From the human T2T-CHM13v2.0 reference genome, Homo sapiens, in assembly GCF_009914755.1 (NCBI RefSeq), contig NC_060937.1: DNA of 64,000 nucleotides; one strand, 5' to 3'. Shown here in pieces: positions 26,001 to 40,814 of the stretch. A program made the translations under genes and the position numbers. Each line of letters opens with the position of its first letter. Within the stretch, counting starts at the first letter, position 1. Below the pieces are notes generated by a model. The model ran no database searches. It was not told the DNA's origin and was given only the letters and a program-made list of their open reading frames with translations.

Positions 26001-27199
26001 CTGAAGTCACAAAACTTGATAATAAAACTAATGGAATGATATGACTTGTAACTATGTACTCAAATTGAAAATATCAATTACCATCTTTATCTACATTATT
26101 AGTAACACATTTTTGTTTGCATGGGCTCAAAAATATTGGGTTCTAATTATATATCACATAATATGCAGAATATTTTGCAGCTATGGACTCCAGTCCTTAA
26201 AAGAGGATTGAAGATATGAGATCAATGGATTTCAGGAATGTTTTTTACTGAATGTCAGTTAGCAGCCAGAGATAGAATTCAGGTTTTTCTTTGTTAAAAT
26301 CATTTTTCTAGTATATTTGTTTGAAGGAACCAAACAGAGCTCATTTGATAGGTAAGATCATTGTAATTTTCTTATTAAAAGCCAAAGAAAAAGAACAATA
26401 ATTTTAATTATTCTTATTCTGTTGCTTACTCAATTACTTAGATCTTAAAATTAAATATCTTTTTGTTTCTTTTTTCCCCTTTTCTCCAAAAAGAATTGTT
26501 TTTGAATCTTTAGTCTCTACTTTGAATTGATGATATTTTATGCCAATCCTGGTAATATTTCACATGTGATGGATGCCTGAGAATTTAGAAGAAATCATTA
26601 GACTAGAGAGTCCCAATGATTCTAAGTGAGCTAGTTTGTAACTAGATCTACTACCCTGCCCTTACTTTCATTCTTCTGAAGATTTCTTGCAATCCAAAAC
26701 TTTCAACAATCTGTAGATATATCATAATGTTTCAAATTGTATATAGTGCAATTAAAATGAACTAGAAGTCTATAAAAGATGTCCCTGTATCATCTTTGCA
26801 TAGAGTTTGGTCTTGACATTTTAATAATTATTTTACATAATTAAAAAATAAGACCAGCTCATTTGTTTAAACAATTCAGTTGAAGATGTACTTATCCTTT
26901 AATTAGCAGGTCAATTAATACAAGGCAGTCTTTCACACTGACTTCACTAGCTAATTGTCATTTTAAAGTTATTTTTAATAATTTAAGTGATAACTTTTTA
27001 ATGACAGTACTTAGTATACTTTTCCTTCAGTGATCAGACATGAGCACAGATAGTTTTTTCAGGAATGTGGGAAAACACAAATACGCCCAAAGACTTACTG
27101 GACATTAAATAAAAAGACTGTGAAAATAGTTACTTTCTTATACTCAAGCTTGTAGGCTCTATTAAAGCAGACATTTTTGTCTGTTTTTATTTATTTCCT

Positions 27200-28015
27200 T
27201 TTTACTTTTTAAAATTACAAATTGACAAATTATAGTTGTATGTATTTATGGGGTACAAAGTGATACTATGATATGTGAATTCAATGTGAAATAATTAAGT
27301 CAAGCTAACTAACATGTCCATCACTTCAAATACTTATTATTTTATGTGGTAAGAGTGTTTGAAATTCACTCTCTTGGTAATGTTGAAATGTAAAATACAT
27401 TATTTTTACTATATTCACCATGTTGTGCAATATATTCTTTTGTATCCCTTGACAATTATCTTCTTATTCTTCCTCCACAATCCATCCTCCCATGCTTGCA
27501 GCCTTCAGTAACAACCATTCTACTCTGTGCTTCTTTGAATTTGATTGTTTTGGATTCCACATATATGTGAGATCATGGAGTATTTGTCTTCCCATGTTTG
27601 TCTTCCCATGTTTGTTCCACATATATGTGAGAACATGGAGTATTTGTCTTCCCATGTTATTACACTTAGTGGAATGTTTTCCAATTCCATCCGTGTTGTC
27701 ACAAATGACAAAATTTCTTTCTTTTTTAAGGATGCATAGTAGTATTCTATTGTGTATATATACCATATTTTCTTTATGCATTCATTTGTTGATGGATACT
27801 GGGGTTGCTTTCACAACTTGGCCATTGGGACTATTACTGTAATGAACATGGGAGTGCAGATATTTCTTGGACATACTGATTTCAAAGATTCAGGTAAATA
27901 CGCAGAATTAGGATTGCTGGATCATATGGTAACTATATGTAAAGTAAAACTAAAATAGTTTTCAAAAATGGCTATACTAATTTACATTTCCTCCGACAGT
28001 GTATATAGATTACCT
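27200..28015 (-). mobile_element. L1MA8-like 3' end, inserted into an L2 tail
   Basis: GACAAATTATAGTTGTATGTATTTATGGGGTACAAAGTGAT matches the L1MA8 3' end. L2 tail pieces flank it at ~27140-27195 and ~28025-28100. Confidence 0.85.
27555..27658. repeat. Tandem duplication: 44-bp unit at 60-bp period, with a 14-mer present three times
   Basis: 27555-27598 versus 27615-27658, 1 mismatch. Confidence 0.95.
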
Positions 28016-30154
28016 TGTTTTTAAATTTAATCAATGAATACCCAGGGTCTGGCATCATACTTTGCATATGGTAGTAACTCAATAAATACTTATTTAATAA
28101 GTAAGACAATAAATAATTTGTAAAACCTAATATGTTGACTTGTCCAGTAAACTGAAATTTTACAGAGAACCCATTATATTTTATGTCATATCCAGTTGAT
28201 ATATGAATAAAAATACCATAAATATGAATATATTATACATATGCATATTCTTACATATGTAAATAAATACAGATATACATATGAATAGCACCTAAACTGT
28301 ATACAGGGGCTTTTTATACATTGAAGGATTTATTTATAAACAATTCTAATTTTTAATAATCTATATTAAAATGTTCTCTGTTTCTTAAATGATGTGTTTC
28401 AATATATTATAAGCACCTTTTATTGCTTGGAAAAATATTTGTAAATAGTTTTTTGTTACTATTTTCCCTTAAAATTTGTCTTTCTATTAATTCCTGAAGA
28501 ATTGACATGATAAATTAGGTATCAAAATGAAGGCAAAAAGACAACTGAAATATATTCTTATTATGATTTCTATTATTATTATGCATTTTGAAAAATAATG
28601 ACTTTAAAATGTTATTTACTTCTATTATGTTGGGTCATTTTTAGGTATGATTCTTCCTACTCAGGAATATCAACAATAATACACCACACATGTTTCATAG
28701 CTATTATAAACAGTCTATTTCTATTGTAATGTGCTTTATCCTGTATAGTAATACAGGGGGAGGGAGATCAGAATGAATGAAACCCATAAATGGGTGTCAA
28801 AACTTTTTTTTCTTCTCCTTTATCTCCTGACACATTCTCTATTAAAATATGAAGCAATGATCAAACATAGATTTAAAATGATAGGAAGTATGCTAAATTA
28901 TTTCATTTTAGATAATAAAGGCAAATATTAGCTTTGAATTACTTATTAAGTGGAAATGATTATTTTATCTTAATAGAGTTTTAAAGCAAAGTGAGAACAT
29001 TTATTGCTGCCTTGAGTAGGAATACACATACATGCACATGACTGCGCACTTGTGCACACACACATGCGTGTGCACACCCTAACTTTCAGTAAAATATTTT
29101 CTTCTTTCACCTGAAATCTTTATTGCATTAACTTATTTAAAAATTTTAAATTGCAATAGCTCTGCTTTTGGCCATTATATAGAAATGGCTTGCATTTCTG
29201 TTGTAGGAGTAAAGATAAAACAAACTCAAACACATCTGAGACGTGGCTGTATAGAATTTATTATATAGTAACAATGCAAAATGGTATGTGTGTAATAAGA
29301 CTATTGAACATTGTACAGATGTGTACAATCATGATTTCTTAAATTTATTTTCTAAGCATAACATTTTCTCAATTTCTATAAATCACTGTGAAGTAGTTTA
29401 TCTTCTAAAGGGTAATATAGACAATCACATACTGAGGTGGCAGTATAAAACTTATGAAAATATATGACGCAGAAAAAAATTAGCTTATGCTAATATTTAA
29501 GTATCACAGAACCTCTTTCTGGAAATTAGAGGTCTAAATTTTTTTAAATTTATATTTACTTCATCATAATAGGCTTACTTTCTGTTTGTAAGTAACTAAG
29601 ACATTTTATGTTATTACTTTGATAGCAGCATAGTGAGTTCCAGTGTCAAGCTTAATTTGCCTATCATCCTGTATTCCAATGCATCACTTTCCTGTAATCA
29701 CTTCACTATATTGGTGCCAATTTCTCCATCTCTGTGTATAAACAGATGGAAACCACCATGGGAAATATCCCTCCAACTTCAAACAAAGCTGTTTATTTAT
29801 ATTAAAAAGTTGCAATATATTCTGCTTACATTTGGAAGCCCATAGTATTGTGGAAATATTTTGATAAAAGAAAAAGTTGTCTCAAAATCATTTTAAACAT
29901 TTTTAATGATGCAGCAGAGACAATATCACCAAGTAACCAAAATTTTCACAGCACTGTCTCCTTTTCCCTTTCGCTAGATATTTAGCCAGATAAAAATCTG
30001 GCAAGCCTACCTGGAGGAAATGCACTCCTAATTCCATATGTCATAATTTCTAATTCATTTATTCCTCCAAAATCAAGTATTGGGACCATACCATATTTTG
30101 TTCTGTACTACATTCTGGTTCATGAAAAGTAAATTTAATAAAACAGCCATAGAG

Positions 30155-30622
30155 CAGCGTGATTGAGTTTCCCCCAGAAACAGACCCTGAGACGGGAATG
30201 TAAAATTATGCAGGCTATTTTGCAGTTGCATGAAACATAGGGTGGTGGGGAAGTGGGAAGTGATATTGGTAAAGGAGGGGGGTAAAAAAATAAATTATTA
30301 TTAAGCCAGTTCCCATTGTGGGAAAGTGGAGCTTAATCCCCTATGGAAATTCTGGGAAATGCTGCAAAACACCCTAAAAACCAGGGTATTTAGGTTGAAG
30401 TTACTTAGGTGGGTTGGGAACTGAGGAGATGTGAGGATGAAGGGTGAAGGAAGAGCTTGGGTAGCGGGTGGGAGTTGTAATTCACAGGCATTTGCCTTTC
30501 TGGCCTCTGGACAAAGCAGCCATCTACTGTTCTAAAAAGAATGTAGAGAGACAGATGCAGACACTAGATCTTTGAAGTGAGCTGCAGGGATACTACCAGG
30601 GCATAGTCATCTTCTTCTACAG
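30155..30622 (-). mobile_element. LTR16C-like ERVL LTR
   Basis: CCCCAGAAACAGACCCTGAGAC...GGAGCTTAATCCC...TTCTGGGAAA. Confidence 0.7.
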
Positions 30623-33600
30623 ATTGAATAGTGTCTTTAATCTGTGTGTTTATACTAGAAGTGCTTTCCTGGTTAATGAAAAAGAATCTAAAGAATGGAG
30701 AACATTAATCTGAGAGTTAAGACTTTAAACTCTGATTCCACATTGATGACTATAATGGGCTTCGGTAGTCTTATTTGTATGTAATCTCTGTTTCTGAGAT
30801 ACTATTAATCTTGATTCGCATACATATTTAATAATGGAACACAGTGAGGATTTATGTGCCTTAAAGCCTGTACTGTGAAAACTTGAGCTCCCTTTACACC
30901 TTTGCCAAGTCATTTTTTGATCATCCAAGTGGTGTTTCACAACTTTGCGTACTCTACTCTCCTTTTCAGCTTCATTCCACTAGGATGATGTCTTGTACTA
31001 TACAAGTTTGCAAATCTAATGCCAGTGAACACTGAAAAAGTGATAATGCTGCTGACTCCCTTGCTATTGCCCTTGAACAGCCTTTGTAAAGTCATTGAAG
31101 GCTTACATTAATAATACAACCATGGCTTAAATAGTAAGAATCAGATTTTCAACGTCCCAATATTTATTTTTAAACTCTTCTTGCAGGCCTCTTGCCTCAC
31201 TATATGAGTGCATGGAAGCTAGGTTAGAAGGTAAACTACGTGAGACACAATGTTTTATTAAACACATCTTAACCATTCTTTCTTTTCTTGAAAGATGTGT
31301 GCTGGTCTCTTGCAGAATAAAGTCTGACTTATCTTAAAACCTCTTACTCAGGTTTCCTGATCTGTCAAAACAGTCATTCAGTAACACTCAAAACATTCTA
31401 CAATCCCAGTGTAGACAAAGTTCAATCAGCTTGCCCTGACTGTGCTGTGACGCTGACATTCTATGACTCTCTAGATGTTTCTGACCCTGCTGTACTATGC
31501 CAGGAGACGTGTGCTGGCCTGTGTGCAATAGACTGTGGTCTTGTGTTTTAGCTAGGAAGAGTAGATACGGGATATTGAAGCAACAGTTACTCCCTAGGCT
31601 AAAGATGTTTATGTGATATATCTCCCATATGTATTTATATATGTACATGTACACACATATACATTTATCAGGCTAAATATACATGAGCAACAATAAAGTA
31701 AATTAATCTTCATTAGTCTCTGCTATAAAGGTATTACGTTTTTTAAACATCAAAACCAAAATGATGTCTGCATCAGTTTAATGTTTAATAACTGTTCAGA
31801 AAGAAAAAGTGGAGAATATCCTTTTATAAGTTTCCTGCTGGCAATTTATCATTATTGAAACAGAATGTCTTTTGTTCATGAATTTTGAACATGGATAGTG
31901 TGTCCTTATGTTCTCCTACAACTAAGATGGCATTGTTGACTTCTCACATTTCATATCCATCATAAGATGAAAGCCCATTAGCTAAGTTCACATCAGAATT
32001 TGTCCTCATCAATGAAAGTTTGTCACAAATGATTCCCTGTTGTTCCTTGTAAGAGTGTCAAGTGGAGAAATTTGTTGGCTGTACTGAAAGTAATAGCACG
32101 TTGTTGTGATAAAATCATTAGCAATGCCACTACTTCAGGAACGTTTTTATGTCACCTGTAATGTAGGACACGCAGATACAAAATGTCCATGGTTATTTCA
32201 TACTCAGAAATGTACTCCCTTTTGTGCACAGGAGAGCATCAAAAGTGAATTTTTGTTTCTGACAAAGAAGATTAATTACTCACTGTTAATTTATTTTCCC
32301 CATATTTCCTCATTGCTTGACCATATTTACCCTAAATAAGAGATCACAGGTTCAGTTGTACTGAACCAGCAAGAATTACTTCCCAAGAAGAAAGTTTATA
32401 TTCTCTGTTGAGTATTGAAGTTTTTTTTTTAATATCAGAAAAACAGGCAAAGGGGTAGTTGACAAATGAAAGCCGGAGTTTTGGAGGGTAAGATCCCAGT
32501 TCCATTTAATTTGATTCTATACAGAACCAAGCACAATGCCAAGTATAATGCTTTCTGATAGATTTTGATTAGCTGTGCTCGGCTAGCTTCTCTTTACGTT
32601 ACTTTAGTTCACACTCATTTTAAAGACTAGATGGAATTTCTCCGTAGCAGTGGCACATCCATTTGGGGTAAGAAGTAATCAGGTTCAGCTACTATTTTCC
32701 TTGCTTACTCACATACACAATAACTTGCTTTCCCCTGCTGTTTCACCAGAATTATTGAAATATTTTCTCCCTATTGCCAGCTGGATCAGTCTCTGTGACT
32801 TCCTTCTATTTTGATCCTAAATATCATTTCAAAAATAAATGCATTATTCCTTAGAATACAAAGTAAGACTGGAAGTCACCTTGGATTCGCCAGTGTTTCT
32901 GTTGTCTTTAGTGTAAAACTTATCTAAACAAACCCTTTATAAGAATGCGAGTCTTTTTCCTAATGACCTTAAGGAAAGAATATTCTATAAACTTTTAATA
33001 TTCTCTCCTCTATTTACCATGTTGCAATATTGACATGTTTAACCTGTTTCTGGAGATCAGGCTTGTCTCATCCTATATTTTTAACTCAGTGAAGATAGGA
33101 AAACATGTCTATGACTTTTTTTTTAAACCAAGCTTGTGTGTTTCATTAATATTTATATAACTTTTAAATAGGCAATATTTAGCTTACACATTTTTTCTTA
33201 TTATTGTTCTACCTCTCATAAAGCAATTAAAATGGCTACTTTTGAGTATGAAGAAAACAGAAACAACATATTCAACTTAATAAAGCTAAGCAAAAATTAT
33301 ATGTCTGAGGTTAAGATCAAAAGGAAATTTAAATAATATAAGCCATTAGTTGGAAGATTAACAGCAAAGTTTTCTATATTTGATAAACACGTTTTCTTAT
33401 TATTTTCTCAAGGTAAAAGACACATGGGAAGAAATCATTTGTCTCAAAAAAGTAATTCATCTTCATCTTAATACATAAAGCAATTTTTACTTCAATTTCT
33501 ACTTCACAGTTAGCACATATGTAGAAGTCCACAATGAGAATCTGCCTTAGTGAAGTAGCTCCTTGGCTCTTCCTAATTTGTTAGTTTTTTTCTCTTCATT

Positions 33601-34359
33601 CTCACTTCTCTAGCTGCTCGTGTGGTCACTTACCTCACAGCTGTCATAGATATTTATTTTCAAATGGACCAATTATCTCTCCTTGTCTCTGCAATGCATA
33701 TTTGTCTTTTATGTGCTTTGCATTCTACCCCAGGATGTGTCATTTTTAAATCCAGGTATGATATAATTTGTTATACCGTAACTAAGCATTTCCAAACTCA
33801 TACTTAGTTTTAAGGTGTACCAACAAATGTTATAATACACTAAGAACAAGGTGATGTCTTACTGTCGCACCAAAGTTTTGAGATGAATGCTACAGACATA
33901 GAAACAGTATAGAATGTGGCAATTATGTGGAAAATAATTATGGTTGATTTATATATAACTGGGCAATGAATATTGTGTGCAGGTATGACATACTAAAAAG
34001 CACTTATTGTTGCTGTTGTTTCTGCAATGGTTAGTTTTATACCTTAAGTTGTCATGGACTTTGGTGGCAAAATTGAGGGTGTTGTGGTCATATGGAGTTA
34101 GCAATTAGTGCATCACTTCATCAATCTATTTTAATTAATTGGGTTGTGCAAAAGGTTTAGTTTGAAAAACAGAACTCTGCTACTAAAGAAAAGAAGCAAA
34201 AAGAAGTAATCATCATAATCATTATACAGTATATTATTAGCAGGGAAGTAAAATGATCTTTTATACATTTTAACAAATTTAGAACAAAAAATTCTAAATG
34301 AATCAGAAAGGTGTGCTAGTCACATCAAGTTTCCCATAACAAAATCTAGGTAAAAAGAT

Positions 34360-34730
34360 AACATGAGGTTTAGTAAAGGCAGTAGCAATGTAGAAAGCGG
34401 TGGGAATTAAAGCGATATATAGTAGGAAGAGCTGACAATACTCCACAACATATTTTTAAATTCCAGGCAAAGGAAATTGGGTACGTAATTGTGCTATTGT
34501 GATACTGGAGTGCTGGAGTCAGAAAAAGAAGCAAATCTTTCTGGAGGTGAGGGTTGGAAGAGCATTATGGTAGTTATTTTTGAAATATTTTGCTTGTTCT
34601 GCCCATAGGTGGGGAAGCTTGGTAGGTTTTAGAAATAGAATTTTGGAGCTAAAAAGAGGATCTAGTCTAGAAATTCAGATTTGGTACTCTGAGCATAGTA
34701 AATATCTAATAATGTATTGACATTGGTTGA
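34360..34730 (-). mobile_element. L2 fragment
   Basis: GGCAGTAGCAATGTAG...GGAGCTAAAAAGAGGATCTAGTCTAGAAATTCAGATTTGG. Confidence 0.55.
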
Positions 34731-34767
34731 TGATGAAACATCCAAGACCTTTTGACTTTTATTTTAT

Positions 34768-35002
34768 TACACATACACACACACGTGTGCACACACACAC
34801 ACAGGGTTAATCTTAAGTCCATCAAGGACTTTTAAGTATCTTGTGTTAGAGAGCTCAGATACATATATATATATAATATATATACACATATATATACACA
34901 CACACATATATACATATATATGTATATATGTGTGTGTATGTATATGTGTATGTATGTATATATATATGTGTATGTGTGCACATTTGTGTGTGTATATATA
35001 TA
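34768..35002. repeat. Compound (CA)/(TA)/(TG) microsatellites
   Basis: Alternating purine-pyrimidine tracts at 34768-34803 and 34858-35002. Confidence 0.95.
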
Positions 35003-35273
35003 GATTTTTTTTTTTTGAGATGGGTTCTCTGTCACCCAGGCTGGAGTGCAGTGGCACAATCTCAGCTCACTGCAAACTCCAACTCCTGGGTTAAAGCGAT
35101 TCTCCTGCCTCAGCCCCACGAGTAGCTGAGATTACAGGCACCCACCACGATACCCAGCTAATTTTGTATTTTTAGTAGAGATGGAGTTTCTCCATGTTGG
35201 CCAGGCTGGTCTTGAACTCCTGACCTCAGGTGATCTGCCCACCTTGGCCTCCCAAAGTGCTGGGATTACAGGC
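35003..35273 (-). mobile_element. AluSx/Sz-like element, 5'-truncated
   Basis: The dimer ends at GGGATTACAGGC. Confidence 0.92.
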
Positions 35274-35724
35274 CCTTCCTTATGATTTAGTCTGCATCCA
35301 GCAAACTATTTTCTTTTTGTAGATAGGATGAACCTTTGTGCTCTATATCCACTTCTTCAAGAATAAGAAAAGTATATATTTTTTCCCATTTGCCTCAGAA
35401 GCTTTCCATTGATGACACTAAATCCTCTGAATTTTATTATTATGAATTATTCAACAAAGCTTTTGTTATTTTCTCACTTAAACTCAGATTTAATTTTCTG
35501 TTTTCATGTTATTCTCACCTACACAGCTAAAACCACCTAAGTTTTTGTTGAACTCTGCTAAGAAATATGGTGTTTGCTTACTAGTGCAGTATATTTGAAC
35601 ATATGTATTTTCTCCAAATGGAACTTGAGTGTAAAACCTCTTAAAATTTTCAGGTTGTGAAGTAAAACCAAAATAATTTGATTGGGGTCATTTGGGAATG
35701 TATAAGAAGGGCAACCTATAAGCT

Positions 35725-35943
35725 GTGTAATGCAATATTAGCTACACGAGTTTAGGAGTCATGGTAGTCAAAGTTCAAATACCAAGTAAATGCCATTGTG
35801 ACTTTATATCTATCTCTTAACCTTAAAACCTCATTTAACTCATATATTTAATTGTATAGGGAAATATCCATCATGGATTAGCTGGGGCATTTAAGAGAAA
35901 CATATAGTTCCTGATTACATAGTGGGTGCTCAATAAATGTGCT
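35725..35943 (+). mobile_element. MIR SINE
   Basis: TTTAGGAGTCA...GTTCAAATACC...TGTGACTTT...CATAGTGGGTGCTCAATAAATG. Confidence 0.7.
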
Positions 35944-36595
35944 TTACCTTCTATCTGTCTTGATCGTTCCACATTCAAAGCCTAGGGCCTCTTCCTTTCT
36001 CTTAACCTTCCTCAATACAGGGAACTCTTATAAAAGATGAAAATATGGATGTAATTCACACATGCACACAAATGCGTGTGTGTATTTGGAGAAATTATAA
36101 AATTAAGTTTTGTACATGAATTCGTATTATCTGCAGATAAAGAAAACTAAATTAGTTAAAACATGGAAGATAATTTGGCTTTTTTATGATATGATAATTT
36201 TTAAAAATCTCTTCGATGACTTACCTAAAATTGCTTTCTTTTTGAATTAATTATAAGGCATTGTGTTAATCAGAAATCAGTATTAATTATGAATTATAGC
36301 CTACTCTTTACTTATAAATATCTCTCAGTTACTGAATCAAATCTATAAAATATTTCTTTTTTAAAAAATATTCAATGGCTTAATCTATCATAAAAAGTTT
36401 GTAAGTAAAAAAACTTCATGTCAGTTTTACCAAACATCTCCCCTCAAATGATGTAATGAAATGATAGCATGAGGCTGCTATATTAATTTATTAAGGAAGC
36501 TATGAAATCTATTCATCTCTGTAATTAATACAATTCCATTTTTTGGCACAAATGACCTGGTTATAAAATATGTTAGGTTAAATTGTTTTCCAGTC

Positions 36596-36721
36596 AGAGA
36601 CATACAGTCTCTGATGTATAGTGGGTGTTTCATAAATGTGCTTTACCTTCTATCTTGCTGGTTCTGTATTCAAAGCCTACGTCCTCTTCCCTTCTCTTAA
36701 TCTTTCTCAATACAGGGAACT
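36596..36721 (+). repeat. Dispersed ~130-bp copy of 35895-36026
   Basis: Shares ATAAATGTGCTTTACCTTCTATCT, ATTCAAAGCCTA and CTCAATACAGGGAACT. Confidence 0.9.
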
Positions 36722-36797
36722 GTATATAATCTGTACACCTGTGTATAACTGTATATAAAACATATAACCACCAACATACCAACAAGGAGATAAAATA

Positions 36798-36856
36798 TTG
36801 ACCTTGTCTCTTTGTTTATTCTGTGTAATGTTGACCTTGTCTCTTTGTTTATTCTG
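36798..36856. repeat. Perfect 26-bp direct repeat, 33-bp period
   Basis: TTGACCTTGTCTCTTTGTTTATTCTG at 36798 and 36831. Confidence 0.97.
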
Positions 36857-37120
36857 ACATGGACACAAAAACATTAGTCCATTCTTTAATTGCACTCTAT
36901 GAATGATGACTAAAATTAGGATTTTTGAAATGTGCTCTTACAGGAGAAAGCCCTGTGCTTATAGTTGACCATGGGGCATTGCATAACCCTTTTGGTTATT
37001 GATATTGCTTTTGTTGGTTTTATTATTTTTAACACTTTTTATTTTCTGGTGTACCTTACTCCCATCTTTATTAATCTTGCTTCACCCTCAATCTTTTTTT
37101 CTGTATGCTTTACTTTCCAG

Positions 37121-37151
37121 TATGGTGCTAGTGCTCTCTCTCTACTCTAAG
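37121..37151 (+). other. Candidate 31-nt exon
   Basis: Long pyrimidine tract ending TTTCCAG| and donor AAG|GTAAGT. Motif evidence only. Confidence 0.25.
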
Positions 37152-38129
37152 GTAAGTTTTACTTTTCTCAATTGGCTTCTGTACCTGGTAAGTTACTTAA
37201 GATCTTCACTCCTTCCCTGTACCAATGAGGCAATGGAATGAATGGCTAAAATGGCAGGAGAACTTGCTTCTTATTGTCAAAAAGGATTCTGATAAATCAG
37301 AATTATAAGAAGTAATAATGAATACAGGTACCATTTATTGAGTGCATACAAGTGCCTGAGGTAACACCACAAAAAATTGCCCAAATTTCGAACACAAGTA
37401 TGTGTTTGACCACAGTGACCACAGTGATGGTGTCTTAACAGAAAAGTATAAATAATTTTGTGTCTGTGTTTGTAAATAAACAAACCACCTGAAACAAAAC
37501 GAAATGGCTATTCTGCTTTATTAACATATTAAGAAAAATACAAGCACATTCGATCTTCAAGTGACCTTTCTTGCAGTAAGAAAGGAACCTACGTACATTG
37601 GTGAAATATAAGGTACAATAAATCTCCTTTATTGTGTCAAAGATCTCACTTTTTGATTCCCATAATATTTACTATAAAATTTACTTCTTAAATTTGAGAC
37701 ACTGAAGATCCCCATGAAATTCAAATTCATTATCTAATAAAAAGAAGAAGAAATTAACAAGCATTAACATTTTGGACTGAGTATATTAAATAACATAATC
37801 CATAGCTGTGTGTCTTGATGTCAGTAAAACTGCATTTGTGCAATTTTACATTTTTAGAAGCAAAAGGAATAGAAGAAAAAGGAAAATACTATACTATTCT
37901 TTTGGTATATTCTTGAAATATGTATCACAGACCAAATATGGAGCAAGACCAAGGACATAAGATAATGAAAATAATATTTGTTTAATCATTGAATGTTGTT
38001 TCTTATGGTGTACTTTAAAAGTAGCATACTCTAATTTAGTTCTTACAACTTCCTTGGCTAATAAATATGTCATTGTTCCAATTGTACAAATAATAAAATA
38101 TAATAAATTTAATCTCAGATAAAAATAAG

Positions 38130-39720
<1,591 letters not shown>

Positions 39721-39972
39721 GGTCTTTCTAAATGTTAGAGACCATAAATTTTAAAGTCAAACTATTCAACATGATTATATGCATACTTCAGCCATGTACA
39801 ATGGTGAAGATTTAGGAATGGAGAAGAAAGGAATTTGTGCTAATCTAGTGTTGGTATCTGGTCTAGGAAATAAGAAAAATGAGTGAAGGTTGAGAGGGTT
39901 GAAGGTATTCTACTGAAATCAGGATTTAACCTATTTACAGAAGAAACTAAGGACATGATATGGCTGAAGAGG

Positions 39973-40020
39973 AAAGCTAGCAGGAGCAATGGATTATAAA
40001 GCTAGCAGGAGCAATGGATT
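39973..40020. repeat. Perfect 23-bp direct repeat, 25-bp period
   Basis: AAAGCTAGCAGGAGCAATGGATT at 39973 and 39998. Confidence 0.97.
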
Positions 40021-40504
40021 GTGTGGTTAAAATATCACCGAAAGTTGTATGTGTCTCTTCATTAACTGACATCAGCTTGAGTCAAGGAAACATGACATGT
40101 TTTGAAACCATTTATTAAATATATACGTAATGAATAAGTCCATTATATAATCGAATAAAAAACTACATTTGGATTACTTTCTCCCATTTAGAAATTCTCT
40201 ATCAATTATTTATAGAAAAGAGAAACTATTTATATAGTTAATATTAAGCTTCATTCATTAGATAAGTAACTGCTTTAATATAAAACATATAAAAATAAGA
40301 TGAATAAATAAATGTATAGTAGCCACTCTCATACTATGCTATATTCCTCATCTAGATGTGTGGGTGAAGATGTGATAGAATTTCTTCTACCTAATAGAAA
40401 CATCTTGCCTTTTTGAGTGTTGTGTGGGCTTTAAATTCGACAGGTGAGAAACTCCCTCTCATTTATAGAGTGATGTCGACACCAGTGCCTCGTATTTTGC
40501 AATC

Positions 40505-40814
40505 TTTTTTTTTTTTTTTTTTTTTTTGAGACGGAGTCTTGCTGTGTTGCCCAGGCTGGAGTACAGTGCTCAGTGGCACGATCTTGGCTGACTGCAACCT
40601 CCATCTCCCGGGTTCAAGCAATTTCCCTGCCTCAGCCTCCTGAGTAGCTGGGATTACAGGAGCCTGCCACCACGCCCAGCTAATTTTTTGTATTTTTAGT
40701 AGAGACGGCGTTTCACCGTATTGGCCAGGATGGTCTCCATCTCCTGACCTTGTGATCTGCCTGCCTCGGCCTCCCAAAGTGTTGGGATTACAGGCGTGAG
40801 CCATGGCGCCTGGC
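40505..40814 (-). mobile_element. AluS (Sc-like)
   Basis: Full dimer with a long poly(T) and a 7-bp internal insertion (CAGTGCTCAGTGG). Confidence 0.93.

Noticed and set aside
31187-31222. Possible plus-strand exon (TTGCAG|...AG|GTTAGA)
   Set aside because: The acceptor is reasonable but the donor is weak; not distinguishable from background pseudo-exons.
32349-32367. Hairpin GGTTCAGT-TGT-ACTGAACC
   Set aside because: 8-bp arms are expected by chance in 64 kb.
34767-35125. His/Ile/Tyr/Cys-rich ORFs
   Set aside because: Microsatellite plus Alu translations.
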